Numbered from the stretch's first letter, positions 1 through 12,252 are shown. The stretch is DNA of 64,000 nt from Octopus sinensis (GCF_006345805.1 NC_042999.1:136586001-136650000), one strand, 5' to 3'. Numbers and translations: made by a program. Notes: generated from the sequence alone by a model not told the origin.

Positions 1-151
1 CAGCATATGAGACATTCTTAGTCTCTGTTGCTCTATTCAGTTAGGAAGGTGTAAACATTTGCTGCTTAAAATACTGTATCTGGAGAAACTCTAATTTTTT
101 TACCAAGTGTAGGATTCTCACTCTTTTTCCATTAGCATTAAACATTGTTAC

Positions 152-352
152 AAGGCAGTGAGCTGGCAGAATCATTAGCATACCAGGCAAAATGCTTAGT
201 GACATTTTGTTCATCACATTCTGAGTTCAAATTCATCTGAGGTCAACATTGCCTTTTATCCTTTTGGAGTCAATAAAATAAGTACAAGTTGAGTACTGGG
301 GTTGATGTAATTGACCTACCCCCACCTCTTGTGCCAAAATTTGAAATCAATA
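152..352 (+). mobile_element. tRNA-derived SINE (family A)
   Basis: A-box-like gagctggcagaatcattagc, B-box-like gagttcaaatt, central gccttttatccttttggagtcaataaaataagtac, tail ccaaaatttgaaa. Many copies occur in the window. Confidence 0.85.
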
Positions 353-516
353 TTAAACATTGTTTCATTTGAAGCCACTGAAAATAGAATGATACTGTTT
401 GTTAACAATAGATAAATAAAACAAAACATTTGTAACATCATAAATTAAATAAAGTCAGCAGCCTGGATGAAATGAGGTAGCAGGTGAGAGTTGTATATAT
501 GTATACATATATACAT

Positions 517-698
517 GATTGACCGCTAAATCCAAAAGTTTTTTATTCTCTCTCTGTATATTTCCTCATGTTCCTTTCTGTTGAAGAGCATAGGCTCAAA
601 GCATAAAAGACTTTCTCACCTTCCCATGTATCAAACTAATACACCTGTTCGTTGTTTGTACACCTGTCTTCATATTTTGTTTTTCTGTAAATTTCAAC
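517..698 (+). mobile_element. Short non-autonomous PLE-like element carrying a degenerate hammerhead, between (TA)n tracts
   Basis: cttt-CTGTTGA-a-GAGC-atag-GCTC-aaag-ca-TA^aaag at 574-609. A homologous copy lies at 41636-41786 on the minus strand. Confidence 0.65.
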
Positions 699-914
699 TA
701 TATATATATGTAAAAGAATTTCAATACCATATCAAAAAGTAAAACTACATTTTTCCACTAGAATGGAAAGCGGACGTTAAACGATGATGATGATGATGAT
801 ATTATTATTTTAATTTAAATATTTCTTAACCCATAAAAAAATATACTAATTTACTAAACCCCTTACAAAAACAAAAATTATCAATAGACACAGCAAATTA
901 TATATATATATATA

Positions 915-962
<48 letters not shown>

Positions 963-963
<1 letters not shown>

Positions 964-1454
964 CCTCTTTCAAACGAGCCCGCAATCTGCGTGACCTCCT
1001 GGTCCACAGCACCCTCTCTCCTTCCCCCTCAGCCCCACACGGATCATTCCCTTGCTCTAGATCCCGCTGCAACACTTGCCCCTTCATCACCAACACCACC
1101 GCTGTCACCGGCTCCAACCTGCACACTGTACGCATTAGGCACTCTTTTACGTGCACCTCGTCTGGCCTTATTTACTGCATTAAATGCAACCTATGCGGGA
1201 TGCTGTATGTAGGACAGACGGGACGCCGGTTGTCCGACCGTTTCACTGAGCACTTAAGGGACGTTCGCCTACACTCTCTTTCTCCCGTCGCACGCCACTT
1301 CCGCTCGGCCGGCCATTCCCTAGATGACATCTCAGTGTTTGGTCTCGCCCCCCACCAAGGTCGCCCACTTTCCAGGCTCCACTTGGAGCAACGCTACATC
1401 TTCACCCTACAAACTACCACCCCACACGGACTTAACACAGCCCCCTCCTCTTGA
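963..1454 (+). CDS. C-terminal Cys-rich linker plus GIY-YIG endonuclease of a Penelope-like element (partial, RT missing)
   Basis: FKRARNLRDLLV...FPCSRSRCNTC (Neptune-type linker), LIYCIKCNLCGMLYVGQTGRRLSDRFTEH, VARHF, LEQRYIFTL, PHGLN, stop at 1452-1454. The track's start at 918 is microsatellite. Confidence 0.92.
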
Positions 1455-4412
1455 GATCTGTTTTTTTTTTTTTTTTTTTTTTTTTTTGGGCACACCACCC
1501 ACACACACCCACCCACCTGCCTCCCACACGCACACACCCACCCACCTACCTCCCACACACACCCAACCACCTACCTCCCACACGCCTGTTCACACACACA
1601 CATACGTAGACCCATCTACGTACATACATTCACACATTTAATCACACACACTTACAGACATACTAGCACACACTAACATACAAACCAACATGCACATACA
1701 CACACACATACATACATACGCACACATATACATACTTACACACACACACACACACAGACATACATACACACATACACACACACATACATACGCACATACA
1801 TACACACACACTCACACACACACACACCGCACGTACATACTTCACACACACACATGCAAACATACATGTAGGCACATACATACATACATGCCCACACATG
1901 CACACCCTTACACTGAATGCACACACACATACACCTTTTTGCATCCAGGCAGCCCCCCCCTCTTTTCTGCTTTCCGGTTTTGGCTGATGGATCCTCGGTT
2001 CCCGCGTAGCGGGGCGTTCGCGGGCCTTTGCGCTCGCGCGCCTTGGCGCGCGCTGGGGGCTTGGTCGGCCCCTTGGGCTTGCGTTGTACTGCTTGTGCGT
2101 TGTGTGCGTGAGCGCGCTTTGTGCGTGTGGGCTTGCTTCGGATGTGCGCGTACGTATGTATGCATACATACCCACACACTCGCATGCATCCCTACCCACA
2201 TACATACACGCACACCTACTCACACACACACATACCTGCACACACACACACATACATACATACACATACATACCTACTTCAGACATACACACACACAGAC
2301 ATACACCCATACACTCACACTCGCACGCATACACACACACACATACACACGCACACATACACACACACACACACACCTACATACATACATTACACTTGTA
2401 TACACACACACTTACATTCATACACACACACACCTACACAGCCATACCCTCACTCAGACACACACATCTACCTACACACACACACAAACACACACGGACA
2501 CACACCCATACATACATACATCTACACACACACGCCTACACACATACATACACACATACATAAACACACACACATACACATATACACACATACGCACACA
2601 CACATATACTTATACACATGCACACACACACACATACATACATACACCCATATACATACATACACACATACCCACATACTCCTATACGCACATACATACA
2701 CAAAGACATACACACTTACACACTCACACACACATACTTACACACACACTCACCTGCACGCGCACACACATGCATGACAAACACCCATACACTCACACTC
2801 ACATACGCACACACCAACATAAACACGCACACGCACACACACACCTACACTCCCACACACATACACACGCACCTACATACACACACGCACGCATACACAC
2901 ATACATTACACACGTACACACACACCCACATACACATGCATACACACACACACACACAAACATGCACGGACACACCCAGACATACACACATACACCTATA
3001 TACACACGCCCACACACCTACATACACACACATATACACACGCCCACACACCTACATACACACGCATACATACACACACATACACGGACACACCCACACA
3101 TACTTACATACATACACCTATACACACACGCCTACACACCTACATACACACACATGCATACACACACACACACATGTACGCACATACACACACATATACG
3201 CACATACATATATACCCACACACATGCACACACACACACACATACGCACATGCATGCATGCATGCACACGCGCACACCTACACGCATACACACACACACA
3301 CGCACGTACACATACATACATACACACACGCATACATACACCCATACACATACATGCATCCAACACACACATACATACACACTCACACATACATACACAC
3401 ACACACACTCACTCACACACCTGTATGTACGCGCACACACATGCACATACACACACTTCCCCACACCCACACGTACATACATACACACTCACACACATAC
3501 ACACACACACACACACACACGGACATACATCTATGCACACACATACATACACACATACTCACATACATTCATCGGACACACTGCCACCCAGACATACACA
3601 CAGACACACTCACACATCCACACACATACATACTTACGCGCATACTCGCAGGCACGCGCACATACGCACTTGCGCCGGCTCGCGCTGCATACGCGCCGCA
3701 TACACCTCGCCCTTGGACCTGACGAGACCTCCCGCCCGTTCCTGGGACCGTCGCGTGTCGTTGGGTTTTCCCACGCCTGTCTCCGCGGTACCACTCTTCC
3801 ATCTTCCCCTCAGCTGGAGTCCTTTTTCCTTAACCCCCCCCCCTTTTTCGTTACACACGCGCGCACACATATACACACCTTGCCTATATATATACATCAC
3901 TCTTACACACATTCAATCTACTCGCCATTAATACCACCACGACACTGGACACACACACACACTACTACTCAACACACGCTGGCACGCTACATACGCCCCC
4001 ACCCCTTCCCCTCCCTCCCTTCCTCCTTCCTTCTTTTTCTTACTACTGACCTCCCTTCCTCCTTCCTTCTTTTTCTTACTACTGACCTCGTCTGCTAGCT
4101 GACCAACTAGTCTCGCCCTACCTCACACGCCTACACACAGACGCACACACTAACACACACATATTTTTTTGTTTTTTCATCTCGCCTCACACACACACAT
4201 ACACACACGCACACGCACACACTCACACATACACACACATCTGTTGGGTTACCAACCTTGTCTCCACTCTTTAGCCTTTAAAAACCCACTTTGCTCTTGT
4301 TATCGTCAACATCCGCCTTTCACCATGTGCAGCTCGTAAACACCAGTCGTCTTTTTTCTCTTTCCCTGTTGCCCGCTCTGGGATCTTTCTTTCCTCTCTC
4401 TTCCTTCTTTAT

Positions 4413-4447
4413 GTTTCCGACGAAGAGCTCCGCTCGAAACGTCATAC
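4413..4447 (+). ncRNA. Minimal type I hammerhead ribozyme at the PLE 3' end
   Basis: gttt-CCGACGA-a-GAGC-tcc-GCTC-GAAA-cg-TC^atac. The core is a CUGANGA variant (U4C), stem II is 4 bp, palindromic ACGT replaces stem III, and stem I has one mismatch. Confidence 0.75.
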
Positions 4448-4575
4448 CTCCCTGCTTCCATCTCCTGAGCGCCTTTTAATAATAATACTGTAATTGTTCC
4501 TGTTGTTGTTGTTTTTTTGTTTCCCTTTTGGATTAAAATTATATATATATATATATATATACATATATTTAAAAA

Positions 4576-4937
4576 TACACCAGTGCTAGAATGGGATGAC
4601 ACTGCATAGTGCCAAAGATCCCAGCAATGCCATCACGCTTCAGGACCAGTTACTGCAACAGCCTGGGTTTCAAGGGCCCACAGCTTTTTAATATTCTCCC
4701 AAAGAGTCTGAGAAACTTGCACAAGGTAGATGTAGGGGTTTTTAAATCAAAGCTGGACCTCTTCCTGTCAAAAGTCCCAGATGAACCTACCTCATGCCAA
4801 GAGGTGCAAATGAGGATAGCTATATGAAAATTCATTCTTCACCAAGTACCACATACTAGGGGAGGCTCTTAGTAATAACAGTGTAGCAAAACGGCGGTGC
4901 ATCAGCATGGCCGCAGCTCTGAGCTGAAACTAGAAAA

Positions 4938-4940
<3 letters not shown>
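4576..4940 (+). mobile_element. CR1-type LINE 3' end (ORF2 C-terminus, 3'UTR, A tail)
   Basis: Encodes PKIPAMPSRFRTSYCNSLGFKGPQLFNILPKSLRN. Near-identical to 47821-48188 and ends gctgaaactagA8 followed by (TA)n. Confidence 0.9.
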
Positions 4941-4998
<58 letters not shown>

Positions 4999-5065
4999 AT
5001 GTATATATATATATGTATATGTATGTATATATATATATATATATGTATGTATATATATATGTATG

Positions 5066-5098
<33 letters not shown>

Positions 5099-5103
5099 GT
5101 ATG

Positions 5104-5186
<83 letters not shown>

Positions 5187-5203
5187 ATATATATATATGT
5201 ATG

Positions 5204-5266
<63 letters not shown>

Positions 5267-5296
5267 ATATATATATATGTATATATATATGTATGT

Positions 5297-5347
<51 letters not shown>

Positions 5348-5587
5348 CATATATGTATATGTATATATATATGTATGTATATATATATATGTATGTATAT
5401 ATATATGTATGTATATATATATATGTATGTATATATATATGTATGTATATATATATGTATGTATATACATATATGTATGTATATACATATATGTATGTAT
5501 ATACATATATGTATGTATATACATATATGTATGTATATACATATATGTATGTATATACATATATGTATGTATATACATATATGTATG

Positions 5588-5618
<31 letters not shown>

Positions 5619-5753
5619 ATATATATGTATGTATATATATATATGTATGTATATATATATGTATGTATATATATATGTATGTATATACATATATGTATGT
5701 ATATACATATATGTATGTATATACATATATGTATGTATATACATATATGTATG

Positions 5754-5848
<95 letters not shown>

Positions 5849-5850
5849 TA
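4941..5850. repeat. Compound (TA)n/(TATG)n microsatellite with an 18-bp higher-order unit
   Basis: Direct reading; atatgtatgtatatacat recurs in tandem around 5450-5580 and 5680-5755. Confidence 0.95.
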
Positions 5851-5903
5851 TATGTAGAAAAATACAAACTGGGACAAGAAAGTAAAACATTTAGAAGACG
5901 ATA

Positions 5904-7267
5904 CAACCTTTCCCAGTAGCTGAGCTGTTGCAAAGAGACAATCTTCTTTGTGAATCTTCTCTGGATTGTTTCAAGGTGCGCTGTTAATTTTATACTGATG
6001 GGTGACCATAGCTGTGAGCAATAATCCAGGCGGCTGAGGACGACTGTCCGCCAGATGACCATCATGGTTTCATTATCTCTGGTTCTGAATGTTCTTAGGA
6101 TCCACCCAGCCAGTCGTCTGCACTTTGTCGCCATCCTGTAATGTGCACTTGGAAAGAGGTATCATCACTCATGTCGATACCCAGGTCCCTCACAGACTTA
6201 GGATCTGGGATTGAAATTCCCTGTGGACCGGTGTATCCTGTAAGCTTAATATTCAGTTTTGGATGCCTGTAGCGCAGGGCCTGGAATTTTTCAGCATTAA
6301 GCTGCATATTATTATCCTCAGCCCATCTGTAGATTGAGTCCAACTCCTGCTGCAGGTGTGCAACATCGCTGGGGTTCTGTATTTTCTGCGAGACTTTCGT
6401 ATCGTCTGCATAGCTGGCCAGAGTGGCTATCCGGGCATATCTGAGAGGGCCACTATAAAAAGCAGTGGTCCCAAGACAGTGCCCTGTGGAACACCGCTCA
6501 CTATTTGTGTGTTCATAGAGGTGGCTCCATTAACCACTACTGCCTGACTCCTATCTTTCAGGAAGTCATGCAACCACACTCCAAGTTTTCCAGCTATGCC
6601 GAGGTCATGCAGTTTGTGGCATATCATACCATGATCCACCTTGTCAAAAGTTTTTGCAAAATCAAGGTAGATTACGTCCACATTTGATTTGTTGAGTAAC
6701 TGCCTCAACACCCAGTTATAATGCTGTAAGAGCTGGGTCAGGCAGCTCTTACATGGTCGAAAACCATGCTGGGTATCACTCAGCAAGTTATTTTCCTCAA
6801 GGAATGCGATTAGTTTCTTTCTGACTATCCTTTCCATGACTTTGCTGATGTGTGAAATCAGAGAGATAGGCCTATAGTTTTTGGCATCTGCTCTACTTCC
6901 CCCTTTATGTATTGGGCATATTATTCCCTCCTTCAGCTTGCTTGGCAGTTTGCCATTCGCAAGAAAGCTCTGGAAGAGAATCTTGAGGGGTTTTGCCAGG
7001 GCATGCTTACACGCTTTGAGGAGGATGGCTCGGAAACCATCTGGACCAGCAGCTGAGTTTGTGTCCACTTCATCTATGGCTAGTAGGACATCTTTTTTGC
7101 TAATGTCAATACATTCTATTGTAACCGCCTCGCTGGTTATAGGTGAGGCGGCAAAGAAGTCCACTTGTTTGTTCACTTGTCTGTGTTCCAACGGGGTGGT
7201 AAAGACACTTTTGAACTGGTCATTCAGCATCTCACTGATCTTAGTTGGACTGTCTGTGAGGGAGACA
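5904..7267 (-). pseudogene. CR1-type LINE reverse transcriptase fragment (frameshifted, truncated at both ends)
   Basis: [76 protein letters not shown]. Confidence 0.93.
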
Positions 7268-7387
7268 TATATATATATATATATATATATAAATACATAC
7301 ACATACAAACATATATATATATATATATACATACATATATAGATATACATACATATATAAATACATACACATACATATATATATATA

Positions 7388-8212
7388 CGAGAAAAACACC
7401 AAGTAGAGAATTTAATTCTCTACAGGGAATGACCAAGTTTAAAAATCTGCTCTATCTCACCCATAAGGGAATATTACATTGCTTATAAACTCTATATTTG
7501 GGAGGACCCTTTGTAAACTATGTTGGACTTTTGGACTTTACTCATAGGATATTGAAATATTGCATATATATGCCATTATGCCTAAAAAATGGATTTACAA
7601 CTTCAATATCCATTCATATCTTGCATCTATTTTCTTTCCTCCACCTCACTCTCTATTTTGTATCACATCTAAACTAACTATGATTTAACCATCCTCTCCC
7701 ACCGTCTCTGATGAAAGGATATCTTTATATATAAAACTGTAGTTGTGTGAGTGTCTGTCCCCTTCGATTTAGATTCCTAACTACTCCCACATTTTGTGGT
7801 GCAGTTTAACCAAAACCGGGTATCTTATAGTCGTGATTCATATCGAGCCCTTCTGGGTATTAGCGCTTGTCTATGATGAGTCTACGATTTTAAAAATAAT
7901 TTACCATCATTTTTTCCATTTTCATGCATATTTTTTAAAGGGAAGTAACTCTCTAAAAATGTCTACGATGAGTCAACGATTTAAAAAAAAATTTACCATC
8001 ATATTTTTTCCATTTTTAATGCATTTTTTGCTATTTTTTGGCTATAACTCTCTAAAAATGCTGTATTGTTATTTCCCTTACAAACCCGAGCAACGCCGGG
8101 CAATACTGCTAGTAATTAATAAATATCCTAGAAACAGCTGTAAGACCTATCTATAAATGCTCTAATATCAACACAGCCTTGGTTTTTTATCTTATTATGC
8201 AAAAAAATTCTC
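7388..8212 (+). mobile_element. Decayed 3' end of a second PLE family with a hammerhead interrupted by a Helitron
   Basis: gtct-CTGATGA-a-aggata at 7704-7721 resumes after the insertion as taattaataaatatcct-a-GAAA-cagctg-TA^agac at 8113-8146. (TA)n flanks both sides. Confidence 0.6.
7722..8112 (+). mobile_element. Non-autonomous Helitron
   Basis: 5' TC(TTTATATATAAAAC), 3' hairpin cccgagcaacgccggg followed by CTAG, inserted between A and T with no TSD. Ends are shared with 54551-55064. Confidence 0.85.
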
Positions 8213-8272
8213 ATATATATATATATACATGCATATATATATATACATATATATATATACATATATACATGC

Positions 8273-8305
<33 letters not shown>

Positions 8306-8497
8306 CATACATATATATATTTATTTTTATTAAAGGCATTAGAATATAAATAGATATATTTAAAGGGAAAAATAAATAAAATTTTCCCTTATGATGTTTT
8401 TCATGCTAACTACTTGATAATTTCTTATAAAGATTTTATCATATTTTTAAATTGTATACACACACACACACACACACATATATATACATACATACAC

Positions 8498-8556
<59 letters not shown>

Positions 8557-8915
8557 AATACATACATACGTACATACATATATATATATATATATATAAA
8601 TAATACATATATATATATATATATACATAAATACATACATATGTACATACATATATATATATATATATATAAATAAATACATACATATATATATACATAA
8701 ATACATACATATATATATATATACATACATACATATATATATATAATACATACATACATATATATATATAATACATACATACATATATATATATAATACA
8801 TACATACATACATATATATACATACATATATGCATACATACATATATATATATATATATGCATACATATATACACACATATATACACACATATATATATA
8901 CATACATATACATAC

Positions 8916-8960
<45 letters not shown>

Positions 8961-8970
8961 CATATATATT

Positions 8971-9005
<35 letters not shown>

Positions 9006-9006
9006 G

Positions 9007-9079
<73 letters not shown>

Positions 9080-9100
9080 GGGAGAGAGAGAGAGAGAGAG
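8213..9100. repeat. (TA)n/(TACA)n/(CA)n/(GA)n microsatellite tracts
   Basis: Direct reading, with a short unique spacer at ~8325-8450. Confidence 0.95.
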
Positions 9101-10059
9101 AAGCTGCTAATTATAATCATGGATAACGTTATTTTATATTAAAATTAGAGCAGTACACGCACGCTCGAGATATTTTTATGCCTTCTGCCTTATATTATCA
9201 GTTTGCTATTGTTATCTAAAAGCTGTGTCCCCAGAGTGATCACAGTAAATAGCTTCCATTATGTGTGTGTGCATGAGAAAATCTAATCGTTGATACTCTA
9301 CATTATACATTATTCATTAGTTAATATAATCCTAGATACATTAAACCTGATAAGAAGACAAGATAGTCCCTGCAACGTTCATTAAGGTTTGACCCTGGGT
9401 TATACAATGCTAATAAATTCTTTTCATTCCTCACCAAACATTTTAAACTGCTCAGATCATACAACGCTAACATAGTTTATAGTTTTCGGTGCAGAAAGAA
9501 AGAAATATTTCAACCATCCATAGATCTTTTGCTGTGTTTATAACCTTATTGAAGCTTTTAGAGAAATTTTAAACAAAGGTTCCTGCTTTCGTTGTAATCT
9601 CAGAAAGATCTGTCCCACTCTATATGTATATCTTTTACACAGGTTGGTTAGCAGCAATTATGTAGCAATATCCATGACAGATCCACTTTATTTATGCATA
9701 TAGTCTTTCTTTTGAAATCCCTCTTAAAATTCTGAACATTTTAAATGCATATCTCATTGTATTTCTCTTTATTCCTTCTCATGCAAAATGTTTTTATATC
9801 AAAAGAAAAAAGAAAGAGAACAAAAATAGATTGCTTACACTTCAGTTAATGGAATCTTTCAGATTTCACCAAAAGTAGTAAATAAACATTATCTTCCTCA
9901 CATTTTCCAATTTTTTTTGATAAATTTCAAAGCATTAAATATTCTGTAAAACAAAATTTAACCCATATTTCATACATTTTCATGAAAGTACACTGGAAAG
10001 AAATCCTATTCTAACGCAATATGTTTATTATCGATATTAAAAAAAATATAAAGGTGACA

Positions 10060-12211
10060 ACCTAACAGTATCATTATTGTGCTAGAAAAAAGCCTACTAG
10101 CATTTCTTCTGGTTCTTTATGTTCTGGGTTCAAAAGGCTGTTGAGGTCAACTTTGCCTTTCGTCTTTACTAGTAAAGGTCTGGTGTAGGCAATATAATTG
10201 ACTAAAACCTCCTCCCAAAATTGCTGGCCTTGTGCCAAAAAACATTTGAAACAAATATTAAAGATGAATGTAGAAACAATTTGTTATGACAATCCTTTCT
10301 ACTATAGGCACAAGGCCTGAAATTTGGTGGGAGGGGGCTAGTTGATTGCATTGATCTCATTGCTCAACTGATACGTATTTCATCAACCCTGTAAGGATGA
10401 AAGGCAAAGTCAACCTTGGCAGAATTTGAACTTTGAGCATAAAGATAGAGGAAATGCTGATAAGCATTTTGTCCAGCATGCTAACAATTCAGCCAGCTCA
10501 CTGCCTTACAATGTGTCATAATAATAATTATTATTATTAGCTAGCAGAATCGTTAGCACTGTGGGCAAAATGCTTAGCAGTATTTCATCCATCTTCACAC
10601 TCTGAGTTCAAATTTTGCCACGGTCAACTTTGCCTTTCAGGATTAATAAAATAAGTACCAACTGAGTACTGAGTTGATGTAATCGACTATCCATGTACCC
10701 GATATTTCCGGTTTTGTGCCTATAGTAGAAAGGATTATTACTCTGAAGTCAACTTTGACTTTCATGCTTTCTGGATTGATAAAATAAGGGTTTATGAAAT
10801 CAATTAGCCCACTTCCTCAAAATTTCAGGCCTTGTGCCTATAATAGAAAGGATTATTATTAGTAATAGTAGTACTACTACTATCACTACTAAGACAATGA
10901 ATTGATAGAATTATTAAAACATAGGGAAAAATGCCTTGAGGTATTTCCTCCAGTTCTTTACATCTGAAAACTTGCCAAAGTCAACTTTGCTTTTCATCCT
11001 TTTAAGGTCAATAAAATAATGCACCACTCAAATGCTGCAGTTGTTGATATCAACAAACCATCTCCCCTCAAAATTGCTGGCTTTGTGTCTAAATCAGAAA
11101 CAATTATCATAATTATTGCCAAAATTTGAAACCATTATTTTAAGTCAATAAGTTGGTAGAATCATTAGCACACCAGACAAGATGCTTAACAGCATTTATT
11201 CAGGCTTTATGTTCTGAGTTCAAATTCCAACATGGTTGACTTTGCCTTTTGTCCTTTTAGGATCCGTAAAATAAGCACCAGTTGAGCAGCTTCCCACAAA
11301 ACTTCAGGCCTTGTGCCTATAGTATGAAATAATTATTATTGCTAGGGTAGTGGATTGTCCGAATTGTTAGTGTGTTGGATAAAGTAGCTGATGGTATTTA
11401 TTCTACATCGCTACATTATGAGTTCAAATCCTATCACCAACTTTGCTGTTATTCTTTCTGGGGTTGATGAAGCAAAGTAACAATTAAGTACTGGGGTTGA
11501 TATAATTGACTAACTCTCTTCCCCAAAATTTCAGGCCTTGCGCCTATATTAGAAACAATTATAATTATCATCATCATCATCATCTTTTACTTGTTTCAGT
11601 CATTAGAGTGTAGCCATGCTAGGGCACTGCCTTGAAGAGGTTTTAGTCGAATAAATCAACACCAGTACTTCTTTTTTGTTAAGCCTGGTACTTATTCATC
11701 TCTTTTGCTGAACTACTAAGTTATGGGGACATAAACACACCAACACTAGTTGTCAATGTGTAGTGGAGAACAAATACAGACACAAAAGTGCACACATATA
11801 CACATATGATGAGATTACACATATACACATATGATGAGATTCTTTCAGTTTCCATTAACCAAATCCACTCACAAGTTTTTGGTCAGCCCAAGGCTATAGT
11901 AGAAGACACATGCCTAAGGTGCTATGCAGTGGAATTGAACCCAGAAGCATGTGATTAGGAAGCAAGCTTCTTACCATACAACCACACCTGCATCTTGTTA
12001 TTATTGAGCTGGCAGAATTATAACTGTGTCAGATAAAATGCTTAACAGCAGTTCTTCTGGCTTTATGTTCTGAGTTCAAATACTGACAAGGTTGACTTTA
12101 CCTTTCATCCTCTTGAGGTTGATAAAATAAGTACCAGTCAAGAATTAGGGTTGATGTAATTGACTTATTCCTCCCCTAAAAATTGTTGGCTTTGTACTGA
12201 AATTCTAAAAA

Positions 12212-12252
<41 letters not shown>

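Larger units (their letters stand above)
963..4540 (+). mobile_element. Penelope-like retroelement (Neptune-type), 5'-truncated, with long CA-rich 3' region and terminal hammerhead; flanked by (TA)n
   Basis: GIY-YIG ORF at 963-1454, then a T-run, ~2.7 kb degenerate (CA/TACA)n with GC-rich islands, and a hammerhead motif at 4413-4447. (TA)n lies at 899-950 and 4541-4568. CpGs are retained, unlike the flanks. Confidence 0.8.

Noticed and set aside
1663-3912. Minus-strand CVCV ORFs
   Set aside because: Antisense reading of the CA tract.
4856-5919. Long YIYI/MYVY ORFs in several frames
   Set aside because: Translations of TA/TATG microsatellite, which lacks stop codons by composition.
8425-9142. 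Overlapping ORFs of 70-230 aa
   Set aside because: Microsatellite artefacts; the same applies to 48143-48589.
9839-9944. Minus-strand exon candidate with good splice signals
   Set aside because: Stops in all three frames; could be UTR or non-coding but cannot be supported.
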